A stretch of DNA of 64,000 nucleotides from a candidate division FCPU426 bacterium (GCA_963771075.1 CAVYSE010000011.1:128001-192000), one strand, 5' to 3'; shown: positions 19,448 through 29,276, counted from the first letter of the stretch. Notes: generated from the letters alone by a model not told the origin. Numbers and translations: made by a program.

Positions 19448-20404
19448 ATGAAATCAAACCTAATGGGGATATTGATCCTTCTATCGGCCGCCGTGGTGGC
19501 GCAGGGTCTGGCCTATTTACTTCCCCCCTATTTCGCCGAACTTTTCATCTTCGCTCTCATTAACGCCATATTGGCGGTTTCCCTGAACCTGGTGAACGGC
19601 CTTTCAGGCCAATTTTCCTTAGGGCACGCAGGCTTCATGGCGGTAGGGGCATACACAGCCGCTTCGGTTAATGTTTTCCTATTAGGCTCGATGCACGGAA
19701 CATTTGTGGGGGATCAATTTTCATTGATTCTCTCATTGTTGGCCGCGGCTGTGGCGAGCGCCATGGCGGGCTATTTGGTAGGGTTGCCTTCCTTAAGACT
19801 GAGGGGAGATTACCTGGCCATCGCTACCTTGGGATTCGGGGAAATTATCCGCGTGGTGATCCTGAATATTCAGGCCGTCGGTGGGGCCAGGGGTTTTATC
19901 GGCATTCCCGGAACGACCACCGCATTCTTGACGGCTTTGATTCTGGCCGCCTGCGTGGTGGCCACCCATCGTTTCGTGCTTTCGACCCACGGACGGGCTT
20001 TGTTAGCCATTCGGGAAAATGAGATCGCGGCAGAGGCAATGGGGGTCAATACCACACGCTTTAAAGTCCAGGCTTTTGTGGTTTCCTCGGCGGTGGCGGG
20101 TGTGGCAGGGGGGCTATTCGCCCATTACCTTTCCTTTATCAATCCCAGTTCCTTTGATTTCATGAAATCGGTGGAGATCGTGATCATGGTGGTCTTGGGG
20201 GGAATGGGCTCGGTTTCGGGCTCCATCCTGGCGGCCTTCATCATCACCTTTTTGCCCGAAGCTTTGCGGCCCCTTCAGCAAGTGACAGGAGTGGATTTGA
20301 GGATGGTGATCTATTCGCTCAGCTTGATTTTGATGATGCTTTTACGGCCCAAAGGCATGTTTGGCCGCAAGGAGCTGTGGCAGATGTTTCAAAGAAAGAC
20401 TTAA
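19448..20404 (+). CDS. livM: Branched-chain amino acid ABC permease
   Basis: GQFSLGHAGF, LRLRGDYLAIATLGFGEI, GRALLAIRENE, VVLGGMGS. Confidence 0.93.
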   Translation: MKSNLMGILILLSAAVVAQGLAYLLPPYFAELFIFALINAILAVSLNLVNGLSGQFSLGHAGFMAVGAYTAASVNVFLLGSMHGTFVGDQFSLILSLLAAAVASAMAGYLVGLPSLRLRGDYLAIATLGFGEIIRVVILNIQAVGGARGFIGIPGTTTAFLTALILAACVVATHRFVLSTHGRALLAIRENEIAAEAMGVNTTRFKVQAFVVSSAVAGVAGGLFAHYLSFINPSSFDFMKSVEIVIMVVLGGMGSVSGSILAAFIITFLPEALRPLQQVTGVDLRMVIYSLSLILMMLLRPKGMFGRKELWQMFQRKT

Positions 20405-20437
20405 TCAAAGGCTTTTATTCCTAGTTTAAAAATTAAG

Positions 20438-20599
20438 TTGTATCAATCCCTCCGCAAGAAATACCCTTCCATCCAGCCGGGCTATCACATGAACAAGCGG
20501 CATTGGAATACGGTGGTATTGGATGGGTCCCTGCCCCCTAGCTTGATCCGTAAGATGGTGGAGTTGTCCTATGTGCTTGTATCACCTGAAAAATATTGA
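20438..20599 (+). pseudogene. C-terminal remnant of an MmcQ/YjbR-family gene
   Basis: Hand translation LRKKYPSIQPGYHMNKRHWNTVVLDGSLPPSLIRKMVELSYVLV; N-terminal half absent. Confidence 0.8.
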
Positions 20600-20603
20600 A
20601 AAT

Positions 20604-20870
20604 TTATTCGTAATGAGTCCACATACGGATGACTTTTACGGTTTTGATGTCCTTTAAGACCTGATAAACCAACCGGTGATGGATATTGATCCTTCGGGAA
20701 TAGGCTCCTTCAAGGTCGCCAACCAATTTCTCGAAAGGAGGAGGATTCCGGTAGGGATCTTCGGCCAGGATACCCAACAGGTATTCGACTTTATCCCTTA
20801 AACCCGACGATGAAATCTTTTTGGCATCCTTCAATGACTGCTTCGTATATAGAAGCCGCCAGTTCACCAT
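20604..20870 (-). CDS. yoeB: Txe/YoeB-family toxin
   Basis: PFEKLVGDLEGAYSRRINIHHRLVY...MWTHYE. Confidence 0.93.
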   Translation of the reverse strand: MVNWRLLYTKQSLKDAKKISSSGLRDKVEYLLGILAEDPYRNPPPFEKLVGDLEGAYSRRINIHHRLVYQVLKDIKTVKVIRMWTHYE

Positions 20871-21106
20871 TTAATCTTTGGGGAGAGTTTTGAAATAGGT
20901 GTTGCTAATCCTTTGCGGATGGATTCGCGCATGCCGGGAATGGAAATCAGGTAGAGGGTTTCCTGAATGGCCCGCCAATCCTCCTCGGAAACGAGCACGC
21001 CATTCGCCCTTTTGCCGGTGATTTGAATGGGCACATGGTTTTTCGCCGTCTCGTCCAAAAGCTTGTATAAATTGGCCCGTACCCGGCTGGCAGTCATAGT
21101 GGTCAT
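20864..21106 (-). CDS. yefM: Phd/YefM-family antitoxin
   Basis: RANLYKLLDE, VLVSEEDWRAIQETLYL; GGAGG RBS. Confidence 0.93.
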   Translation of the reverse strand: MTTMTASRVRANLYKLLDETAKNHVPIQITGKRANGVLVSEEDWRAIQETLYLISIPGMRESIRKGLATPISKLSPKIKW

Positions 21107-21122
21107 AGGAACCTCCTTTGAT

Positions 21123-21151
21123 AACGTACCATATTGCGTACGTTTTGTCAT
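21123..21151 (-). promoter_or_regulatory. yefM-yoeB promoter with AACGTAC/GTACGTT operator palindrome
   Basis: ATGACA, 17 bp, TACGTT; the palindrome overlaps the -10 and spacer. Confidence 0.7.
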
Positions 21152-21167
21152 GTTCCCAAGAATAGGT

Positions 21168-23480
21168 TTATTTGAGATTGATCTTTTTTAAAATTTTCCT
21201 CAGTTGTTCATCCCCGAATTTACCCACCGAGAAACCCCCAATCCGGCTGAGGGGCATCTCATTAATAAAGGCCATCAAGGCTTTGGTGGCCTTCTCAATA
21301 TCGGCTTTTTCACGGGCGGAAAGCTTCTTGCTTCTAGAATCCCTCCCAATCGCACCGGCCAAACCGGTCGCCTTCAACAAAAGTTCATAATAGGTTTTAC
21401 CCTTGGAATGCCGGGCCACATCTTTCATCATGGATTCGGTGGTTAAAGTCTGAACAAATGTTTTATTCCCCGTGATCTTTATTGATTTCTTTAGGGGCAG
21501 GTCACGGGAGGAAGACCCCACCAGAATGTCATAAATGCCAGGGTTTACCCTTCGCCGGTGCAGGGTCGAGTCCCAATAACCCAATGAGCTTTCAGGGATG
21601 TTGAAGGCCACCTTTTTGGATTGGGCAGGGTTCAAAAGGACTTTCGAAAAGGCCTTGAGTTCCTTGTTGGGTCTCGCGACCTCGGGATTTTGTTCCCGGG
21701 TGTAAAGCTGGACCACTTCCTTACCCGGCCTTTTTCCGGTGTTCTTGATAGTGGCTTCCACATGAATCATCCGGGCCTTGTATGAAACCCTGAGGCGGGA
21801 ATAGGTGAAGGTGGTGTAACAAAGCCCGAATCCGAAGGGGAAGAGGGGCTCGATCTTGCGAATGTCATAGTGACGGTATCCCACAAAGATTCCCTCGCCG
21901 TAATTGGCTTGGCATCCTAAACCCGGGAACTCAGGATAGGCCGGAGTGTCCTCCAGTCTTTGGGGAAAGGTTTCAGCCAGTTTGCCGCAGGGATTTGCCC
22001 TTCCAAGGAGGATGTCGGCGATGGCCCCGCCACCCGCCTGGCCTCCCAACCAAGCTTCCAAAACGGCCTTTGACTTCGAGATCCAGGGCATGGAAACCGC
22101 CGAACCATTCATCAAAACCACGACTAGATTGGGTTGGGACTTGGCGATTTCCTCGATCAGCTTTTGATGTCCGGGGGGGAGATCGAGAGTTTTCCGGTCA
22201 AAACCTTCTGATTCGTAGCTGTCCGGTAAGCCCACAAAGAGCAGGGCGATATCGCTTTGTTCCGCCATGCGGCGGGCTTGGGAAAGGAGGACAGGCGTAA
22301 TCTCTCCCTCTGGTTTGTATCCCGGTGCGAAAGAGAACTCGATCTTGTCTCCGGCCATTTTGACCAACTCCTCATATGCGCAGTCCAATTTCGTGGCGTT
22401 CACTTGTGAACTGCCAGCACCCTGGAAGCGGGGTTCCTGGGCGAAGGCTCCGATGACGGCTATTTTTAAATTTTTGTTTGGATTAAGGGGAAGCAGTCCG
22501 CCCTCATTCTTGAGCAAGACCATGCTTTCGGCGGCGGCGATCCTGGCCAATTGATGGTGAGAGTTTTTGTTATAGGAAGCGTTCATTTTGCGACCTTCGG
22601 AGGCTTTGAGGACCACGGCCAGCAATTGCGTGGCGGCTTCATTCAATTTTTCGGTTTGGAGGCCGCCCTTTTGAACCGCCCTGATGATCTTGTCCCGGTT
22701 GTAGGGCCCGCTGCCCGGCATTTCCAAGTTCAGCCCGGCCTGGATACCCTTGATTCGGTCTTTCACCGCTCCCCAATCGGAAACCACAAAGCCCTGGAAG
22801 CCCCATTCTTTTCTCAAGACCTGGTTCATCAACCATGCGTCTTCCGAAACCTGGACTTCGTTGAGCCTGTTATAGGAGCACATGACGGCATAGGGCTGAG
22901 CTTCCCTGATGGGAATCTCGAAGGCCCGCAGGTAAATCTCACGCAGGGTCCGCTCGTCGATATTGGAGCTGGAGGTCATGCGTTCGTATTCCTGATTGTT
23001 GGCGGCATAATGTTTAAGGGTGGCTCCCACCCCTTCGCTTTGGACTCCCCGAACGTGGGCGGCGGCCATCTTGCCGGCCAAGAGCGGGTCCTCGGAAAAA
23101 TACTCGAAGTTGCGCCCGCCCAAAGGCGACCTTTTCAGGTTGTTGCCGGGTCCGAGCAAAAGCTGGACATCATTGGCCTGGCACTCCCTCCCTAAGGCCG
23201 CGCCCACTTGTCCCAGTAGGTCCGGGTCCCAGGAGGAAGCCAGGCAGGAGGCGGTGGGGAAGCAGGTGGCGGGCACGCTGGAGGTGATATCCGCGCCTGT
23301 TGCCTTGCGAAGGCCGTGGGGCCCGTCTGTCATAAAGATGGAGGGAATACCCAACCGATCGAAGGCGCAGGTCTTCCACCAGCCATCGCCGGTGAGGAAG
23401 GTGGCTTTTTCCTTGAGAGTCATCCGTCTTACCCGTTTTTTCGCTTTCGACACGTATGGATTATTTTTGGGAAGGTGCAA
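21168..23480 (-). CDS. GH3 beta-glucosidase with Fn3-like domain
   Basis: TDGPHG, GGRNFEYFSEDP, KHYAAN, VVSDW, SEGFDR, PFGFGL, EVVQLY; no signal peptide. Confidence 0.95.
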   Translation of the reverse strand: MHLPKNNPYVSKAKKRVRRMTLKEKATFLTGDGWWKTCAFDRLGIPSIFMTDGPHGLRKATGADITSSVPATCFPTASCLASSWDPDLLGQVGAALGRECQANDVQLLLGPGNNLKRSPLGGRNFEYFSEDPLLAGKMAAAHVRGVQSEGVGATLKHYAANNQEYERMTSSSNIDERTLREIYLRAFEIPIREAQPYAVMCSYNRLNEVQVSEDAWLMNQVLRKEWGFQGFVVSDWGAVKDRIKGIQAGLNLEMPGSGPYNRDKIIRAVQKGGLQTEKLNEAATQLLAVVLKASEGRKMNASYNKNSHHQLARIAAAESMVLLKNEGGLLPLNPNKNLKIAVIGAFAQEPRFQGAGSSQVNATKLDCAYEELVKMAGDKIEFSFAPGYKPEGEITPVLLSQARRMAEQSDIALLFVGLPDSYESEGFDRKTLDLPPGHQKLIEEIAKSQPNLVVVLMNGSAVSMPWISKSKAVLEAWLGGQAGGGAIADILLGRANPCGKLAETFPQRLEDTPAYPEFPGLGCQANYGEGIFVGYRHYDIRKIEPLFPFGFGLCYTTFTYSRLRVSYKARMIHVEATIKNTGKRPGKEVVQLYTREQNPEVARPNKELKAFSKVLLNPAQSKKVAFNIPESSLGYWDSTLHRRRVNPGIYDILVGSSSRDLPLKKSIKITGNKTFVQTLTTESMMKDVARHSKGKTYYELLLKATGLAGAIGRDSRSKKLSAREKADIEKATKALMAFINEMPLSRIGGFSVGKFGDEQLRKILKKINLK

Positions 23481-23593
23481 TTTTTATTCCTTGAGTAAGT
23501 TGAGTTGGGAAATTAAGCCGATATTTTACACGGAAGAGAGGAAGGGGCCAGCCACAACCCAGGATACGGATGCCTTTATTAGGTGGTACGGGG

Positions 23594-25264
23594 TTAATGG
23601 ATCAATATAACTTTTTTGATCTCACGGTCATTGGGAACGGTTAAGTAAATAATGTAAATGCCGCTGGCGCAAGGGTTATTGGCGTAGTTCGTACCGTCCC
23701 AAGGGGGGCCGGGATAGGTGATGGGCTTAGAGGCGATTTGATCGGGAACCAGGGCTTTCACGAACTCTCCGGCGGAGTTGTAAATCTTTAAGGAATAGGG
23801 CCCTGGGAAGAGGCTGTATCCCACGAGGATGGAAAGGGGGCCTTGGGAGGGTTTAAAGACATTTTGGCTCACGTAAAAGCGGTCGGTATAGGGAATGGTC
23901 GCGGTGGGGGACAATGTGATCGTGGGTGTTAGGGTAATAGTCGGGGTCAAGGTGATGGTGGGCGTTAGGGTGATGGTGGGAGTTGAAGTATGGGTCGGGG
24001 TTAAGGTTTGGGTGGGGGTGTAGGTGGGAGTGGAGGTTTGAGTGGGGGTAAAGGTGTAGGTGGGAGTGGGTGTGACCGTAAGGGTAAGGGTGACCGTGGG
24101 CGAAAGGGTGATGGTAGGAGTCGGAGTGACGGTGAAGGTGTAGGTGAGGGTGGGTGTAAAGGTGGGCGTGGGCGTGATCGTCTGGGTGTTGGTTGGAACG
24201 CAATTGCCCGAAACGGGCAGGGCCACGGTGACAGGTGCGGAATTTGAACTGCCCCAACTTACCCCGGCGGCATTGAAGATGGAGCAGGGTGAGCCTTGAA
24301 CCGTATTTAAATCGGCCAGGTAGTCCATCACAGTGACGCAAGCGCCATTGCCGCCGAAACCGAGCGGAAATTCGAAATCCATCGAGGATCCAATTTGCTG
24401 GGTGGAATACATTTGGGAGGGCGGGCTGTAGCTGAGCCATGGCCCTTGGTACCCGCCAGTGGAAGCCAAGTTCTGGTCCCAAACCGTGACGGGGCCGTTG
24501 ACGGGCGCTCCGCTGTTGCACACCACGAGGGTATAGGGCTCATTAGGGGTGTCGTTGGATTGGGGATAGGAAGAAAACCCCGGGATCAACTGGACGGAAA
24601 AGGTGGGAGGCGTGTAGGGGACCGGATTTAAATTAAAGGTCCCCAGGTAATAAAGATTTTGAAGGGCATTGGTGGCGGTTCCCGATGAGTTGAGGGAAGA
24701 GTCGGGCTGGATTTGGCCCGTCTCAGGGTTGTACATGGGTTGCAACCATGGGTCGTCCCCTGCGGCCACGGTGACTGGCAGGGTCGTGAAATATTCGGCG
24801 CTGACCGCGGCGGAATAATTGGGTGAATACCAGGGGTTGCCCGACCCATCCAGGGTGGGTGGGGCCGAGGCGGAAACGTCGTTGTACATCATGTAGCCCG
24901 GGTCGGTATTGGAAAAATAAGCGTGGGAACCGCTGGCGCAGGCGACGTCAATGACCCAGGCGGCCTGTAGTGAAATCAGGGACGTGTTAAGGTTCTCAAC
25001 GGCGACCGTATTGGAACCCGTGTTGAAATAACCTGCAGGGATGGGGAAAGTGGGAGGGACCCCGGGAGCGGTGACGAAGGTGACGGGCCCGATCGGGCCG
25101 TTCCCATTGACCCAAACATCCATGATGTCATCGGCGGAGCCGTAGAGGGTGGCGGCGGAGGGGGAACAGGTTTGTGCCCAAGCGCTTACCGAGAAGCCCA
25201 AAAGGGACCAAGCGATGAGCAGGATCGGTAAGGCTTTCTTAAGGGAGTTTGAAATCTTGTTCAA
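23594..25264 (-). CDS. Secreted protein with long Thr/Pro repeat and FlgD-Ig/T9SS-like C-terminal domain
   Basis: Signal peptide ...SAWA|Q; about 100 aa of TPT[IY]T[LF] repeats; C-terminus LKIYNSAGE...WDGTN...ASGIY. Confidence 0.85.
   Translation of the reverse strand: MNKISNSLKKALPILLIAWSLLGFSVSAWAQTCSPSAATLYGSADDIMDVWVNGNGPIGPVTFVTAPGVPPTFPIPAGYFNTGSNTVAVENLNTSLISLQAAWVIDVACASGSHAYFSNTDPGYMMYNDVSASAPPTLDGSGNPWYSPNYSAAVSAEYFTTLPVTVAAGDDPWLQPMYNPETGQIQPDSSLNSSGTATNALQNLYYLGTFNLNPVPYTPPTFSVQLIPGFSSYPQSNDTPNEPYTLVVCNSGAPVNGPVTVWDQNLASTGGYQGPWLSYSPPSQMYSTQQIGSSMDFEFPLGFGGNGACVTVMDYLADLNTVQGSPCSIFNAAGVSWGSSNSAPVTVALPVSGNCVPTNTQTITPTPTFTPTLTYTFTVTPTPTITLSPTVTLTLTVTPTPTYTFTPTQTSTPTYTPTQTLTPTHTSTPTITLTPTITLTPTITLTPTITLSPTATIPYTDRFYVSQNVFKPSQGPLSILVGYSLFPGPYSLKIYNSAGEFVKALVPDQIASKPITYPGPPWDGTNYANNPCASGIYIIYLTVPNDREIKKVILIH
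23900..24195 (-). repeat. Coding 18-bp-period tandem repeat (TPTITL-like units)
   Basis: Visible in both DNA and translation. Confidence 0.8.
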
Positions 25265-25432
25265 TCGGGTCTTCCCTTCGACATTGAATGATTCGATCGG
25301 CCGGGCGCTTTGTAAAAATACACCCTTATCCCGAAAGAGTTAAGGGAGATAGGGTATTTTTTAGGGAGGGAAATGAAAGCCCTTTTCTGGGAATGGACCC
25401 GGAGTTTGGCTTGGATTGAGCGGGACTCGGGG

Positions 25433-25895
25433 TTATTCCCTAGGCTTGGCCCAGCCAAGGTGGTTGGCCATGTGAAGGGCGGTCAAGGTGGTCCATTGCT
25501 CCTTGTTCATCTTTCCGAAGAAGGGATGTTCGGCCCAGGGTCCCTTGTGTTTTTCAAACGCGTCGAGGGTTTTTCGTAGGGCCGCCAAGGCCGTCATTTC
25601 GTCCCCTTCGATTTTTTCGGCCTTTAAGCTTTTATCCGACGAACCTACTCTCGGGGGAATAAAACCTTGGCGAAATACTTTTTTTAAACCGATGGGACCG
25701 ATCAAGCGGCGCATCCACCAGGCCCCCAAGGAAGGGAAGGAAGTCATGCATGGATTGGGAACCCTTGTTGAGGTGGGTGAGGATTTGGTAATAGGACCAG
25801 TTTCCGATCGTGACGACTGGCACTTTTTCCAGCCGGTCCAGTTCGGCCCGCGCCTCGTTCAATGTCTTGAACCTCAATTCGCGCCTCACGCCCAT
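25433..25895 (-). CDS. DUF1569/DinB-like protein, frameshifted near 25750
   Basis: Two partial ORFs together match the neighbour: RRELRF...GNWSY.QIL.HL and HPFFG...HMANHLGW. Confidence 0.8.
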
Positions 25896-25906
25896 GTTGG
25901 GTCTCC

Positions 25907-26374
25907 TTATTTAATTACGGTCGGTTCGGACTGGTTCGTCGGCCTGACCCAACCGAGGTGGTTGGCCATGTGAAAGGAATGGAACAGACACCATTTCTTC
26001 TTGTCAAAGGTGCCTAAGCGGGGGTGGTCACTGAAGGGGCCTTGGTGGTTCTCAAAGTCATCAAGAGCTTTGAGCAATTGGGTCAGGGCGGCCTTTTCAT
26101 CCCCCTCCACCCGTTCGATTTTGGGCCCTTGGATCCCCGCCTGGATATAGCCTTTCAATACCGTATCCCAATAACCGATGGGCCCATAAACATGTCTTTT
26201 CCACCATGGCATTTCCCGTCTGATTCCCTTCATGGATCCCTCGGTCGCCCTCGCCAGGTGATTCAGGATTTGAAAATATGACCAGTTGCCGAAAGTTTCC
26301 ACCGGGCCCTTCTCCAGGCGGGATAGTTCGGCCCGGGCGTCATCTATATTTTTAAACCTCAATTCACGCCTCAT
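25907..26374 (-). CDS. DUF1569/DinB-like protein
   Basis: GNWSYFQILNHL, HPRLG, HSFHMANHLGW. Confidence 0.85.
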   Translation of the reverse strand: MRRELRFKNIDDARAELSRLEKGPVETFGNWSYFQILNHLARATEGSMKGIRREMPWWKRHVYGPIGYWDTVLKGYIQAGIQGPKIERVEGDEKAALTQLLKALDDFENHQGPFSDHPRLGTFDKKKWCLFHSFHMANHLGWVRPTNQSEPTVIK

Positions 26375-27383
26375 GGGGACCTTCCTTATTTTGTTTGCCG
26401 CCGCTCCAAGGTTCCGGAGTGGGTATCGAAGCCGTCTTTTTGAGCTTGGCCGCGTAAAATCCTTCCACGTCAGGGGTGGGAAGGATGCGGACGGAATTTA
26501 CCACCTGGGGGAAGAATTTCAAATCCCCCCAACCCGGCAATCCTTGGGTATGTAAAGGCAGGGGGTTGGGGATCTTTTCCACTTTCAGCGATTCTCCATA
26601 AGTATCCAAGGCCCATTGAAGGACTCCCTCGTTTTCCTCGGGCGAGAAGGTACAGGTGGAATAGACCAGGGTCCCGCCGACCTTCAGGGAAAGTACCGCC
26701 GATTTAAATAGCCGCCTTTGGAGTTTGGCCATCTTTCGGTTTGTGTCTTCCTTCCAATAGCCGTAGGTGGAGGGAATGTCAACGCGGAACCGTCCCTCCG
26801 AACTGCAGGGCGCGTCCAACAGAACCCGGTCGTAAGCCTCAAAATGATTTTTCCAAACCAAGCCGCCATCTCCAGGGGGCAGCAGGTCCACGTTCAAGGC
26901 GCCCTGTCGATCCAGGTTGGCCCTTAATTTCTCGAGGCGAATGGGGTTTTCGTCGTTGGCGGTTACGACTCCCTCGTTTTTCATCAGGCATGAGAGCTGG
27001 GTGGTTTTGCTTCCAGGGGCGGCGGCTAAATCGAGGACCTTCTCACCAGGCTGGGGATCGAGTATCAAGGAAGGGATCATGCTTGAAAGGCCCTGGATGT
27101 AGATCATTCCCTTTTTATAAAGAACGGTTTTTTCCAGGTCTTTTTGGGCCCCTTTACGAAGGATAAAGGCGTCCGGATACCACATGACGTTTTCCACCTT
27201 GAAGCCCTCCGGCTCCAACTGTTCCTTCAGTTCGCGGGAAAAACCTTTGAGGCTATTCACCCGGAAGGTGCAGGGTTTCTCCTGTGAAAAGGTCTTGAGA
27301 ACCTTATCCCAACTGGGGATGGGGACGATTTTCCGCAGTTTCTCAATGAAGAGATCAGGCAATTTGCGGGGAGAGTTGCCCAT
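26364..27383 (-). CDS. RsmB/RsmF (NOL1/NOP2) RNA m5C methyltransferase
   Basis: LDLAAAPGSKT, LLDAPCSSEG, YSTCTFSPEENE. Confidence 0.93.
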   Translation of the reverse strand: MGNSPRKLPDLFIEKLRKIVPIPSWDKVLKTFSQEKPCTFRVNSLKGFSRELKEQLEPEGFKVENVMWYPDAFILRKGAQKDLEKTVLYKKGMIYIQGLSSMIPSLILDPQPGEKVLDLAAAPGSKTTQLSCLMKNEGVVTANDENPIRLEKLRANLDRQGALNVDLLPPGDGGLVWKNHFEAYDRVLLDAPCSSEGRFRVDIPSTYGYWKEDTNRKMAKLQRRLFKSAVLSLKVGGTLVYSTCTFSPEENEGVLQWALDTYGESLKVEKIPNPLPLHTQGLPGWGDLKFFPQVVNSVRILPTPDVEGFYAAKLKKTASIPTPEPWSGGKQNKEGPHEA

Positions 27384-27424
27384 TGTTTTCTTAAATTCCG
27401 ATCAGGGATTTGAAACGCAGGCGT

Positions 27425-28129
27425 TTACCAGGGAAGGTTCAAAGCGTCCGAAAGAAAACGCATCAGAGGAGAGGCGGCCACGCAGCTTTCGACGAAATTC
27501 TCAAGAAAATGCGGCGACCCGGCCTGTTTCTCATCGAATTGGGTGAAGAAGGTGAAATCCTTGTATTTCAAATAACTGATCAATTCATGGTTGGGATCAT
27601 AGCCCTTGGGTGGGCGTTTAAGCTGCTCGCCTTCAAAATGGCAAAGCTTCTTGAATTTCTTGTCGGCCATCACCGCCTTCCATTTCGAGGGATGGTGGGC
27701 GATGGAATCGCGGATTTGGCTGAGCACCGGGGCTTCGGGGCGCCAGATGCCGCCGCCGCTGAAGACCTCTCCTGGCTGGAGTTGAATGTAGTATCCGGGA
27801 GTATGGACGTCCTTGTTCCTTGTGGTTGGGAAATGAGCGGCCGCGTGAGTTTTGTAGGGCGTCTTGTCTTTCGAGAACCGCGTGTCCCGGTAGATCCGGA
27901 ACATGGAACCGCCGGTGGGGCTGTTATCCGCGATGATTCCCGGGCTGATCTTGCGCAGGCTGGGGCCGACATCGCCTATGAAGTCCAACAGGGGATTACG
28001 AACCAGGGTTTCCCAGCGTTCTTTGTTGGCCTGAAACCAGTGTCTTTCGTTGTGGGCCTTGAGATCCCTCAAGAACTTGAAAAAGGAAGGAGGGAAGTAG
28101 ACGCGGGGCGCGGGGTTAATGGGTGCCAT
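27425..28129 (-). CDS. DUF2461 family protein
   Basis: NERHWFQANK, FRIYRDTRFSKDKTPYKT, LKRPPKGY. Confidence 0.92.
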   Translation of the reverse strand: MAPINPAPRVYFPPSFFKFLRDLKAHNERHWFQANKERWETLVRNPLLDFIGDVGPSLRKISPGIIADNSPTGGSMFRIYRDTRFSKDKTPYKTHAAAHFPTTRNKDVHTPGYYIQLQPGEVFSGGGIWRPEAPVLSQIRDSIAHHPSKWKAVMADKKFKKLCHFEGEQLKRPPKGYDPNHELISYLKYKDFTFFTQFDEKQAGSPHFLENFVESCVAASPLMRFLSDALNLPW

Positions 28130-28150
28130 AGTTTCTTGAGAAATGTTCGG

Positions 28151-28366
28151 TCAGGGTGATTGCATCATTTTTTTGGGGCGGACCCAGAGGGCGATTTCGT
28201 CCACGGCCCAGATCTCATCCGGCATGTCGTTCTTGATAAAGACCCGGACATATTTTTTGGGATGGGACAAGGAAGAGCCTATTTCCTTAACGTTAAGTAC
28301 GGTTCCAACTTTGCGGGTCAAAAGGTTGAATACCTCGTCATTGGCTTCGAAATCGGTTACGGCCAT
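28151..28366 (-). CDS. Small hypothetical protein
   Basis: 71 aa; AGGAG RBS; fills the gap between co-oriented genes. Confidence 0.6.
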   Translation of the reverse strand: MAVTDFEANDEVFNLLTRKVGTVLNVKEIGSSLSHPKKYVRVFIKNDMPDEIWAVDEIALWVRPKKMMQSP

Positions 28367-28427
28367 GGCATCTCCTGTTCACTCACCCGCGATTATTGTA
28401 CAGGGCGAAGGACGGATGGATGAAAAT

Positions 28428-28463
28428 AAAAAAGGCCGGGGGTTGAGGACCCCGACCTTTCTT
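28428..28463. terminator. Intrinsic terminator after the YceI gene
   Basis: Imperfect GC stem flanked by A and T runs. Confidence 0.6.
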
Positions 28464-28477
28464 TACGATCGTTCCGG

Positions 28478-29119
28478 TTAATTTTTAGGAGCATCCTTGG
28501 GCTTGGGGGCGTTTTTCATCATTTCCGCCGCCTTGGTCTTGTCCAACCCCGTGATGTCCAGTTGGATGGTCACGTCATTACCGACCATGAGGTTACCCCC
28601 GGCCGTGACCTTGTCCTTGCCCCAAACCAGGCCGAAATCCCGGCGGTCGATCTTGGTGGTCGCGGAGAAAGCCACAATGGGCGTCCCCATCATCTCATCC
28701 GAACCCAGGTAGTCCACGTCCAGGGTGACCGATTTGGTCACGCCGTGGAGGGTCAAATCGCCCACCACTGAATATTTTTGATCTCCGGCGGCGGATACTT
28801 TTTTTCCCACGAAAGTGATCGTTGGATTTTTGGCCACATCGAAAAAGTCGGGGGATTTCAAATGGCCGTCCCTTTTGTCAATTCCCGTATTGATGCTGTC
28901 AACCTGGATGGTCACGTTGACCTTGGATTTCTCGGGGTTCTTCACGTCAAAAGAGAAACCGCCGTCGTAATCCTTAAATTCCCCAGGAACTTTCCCCAGG
29001 ATATGGGAAACGGAGAAACCGACGTGGGAATGGGCCTTATCAAAGATATACTCGGTGGCTCTTAAGGGGGTTAAAGCCAGCAAACTTAGCGTCAGAACGG
29101 CTAAAAACAGCTTTTTCAT
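28478..29119 (-). CDS. yceI: YceI-family periplasmic lipid/quinone-binding protein
   Basis: Signal peptide; DKAHSHVGF, RDGHLKSPDFFD, GDLTLHGVTK, IDRRDFG. Confidence 0.93.
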   Translation of the reverse strand: MKKLFLAVLTLSLLALTPLRATEYIFDKAHSHVGFSVSHILGKVPGEFKDYDGGFSFDVKNPEKSKVNVTIQVDSINTGIDKRDGHLKSPDFFDVAKNPTITFVGKKVSAAGDQKYSVVGDLTLHGVTKSVTLDVDYLGSDEMMGTPIVAFSATTKIDRRDFGLVWGKDKVTAGGNLMVGNDVTIQLDITGLDKTKAAEMMKNAPKPKDAPKN

Positions 29120-29276
29120 TTTTAATCTCCTTGGTTGATTTGAACTTGAAGTGGTTTTAATATAAGAAAAGCATTACTAAAAGAAAGTAGGTTCCTGACG
29201 GAAACTAAAGGGTTTTTGATTTGTCAGGGCCGATATTTTCATTGTTTTTAATGATAATTTCAAGGGAGGGGGCCCC

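Noticed and set aside
19309..19563. 84-aa ORF between the DUF1330 gene and livM
   Set aside because: It is a translation of the REP-like palindrome and overlaps livM out of frame.
23900..24195. Tandem repeats as a possible CRISPR array or VNTR
   Set aside because: They are degenerate in-frame Thr/Pro codons without unique spacers, and no cas genes are present.
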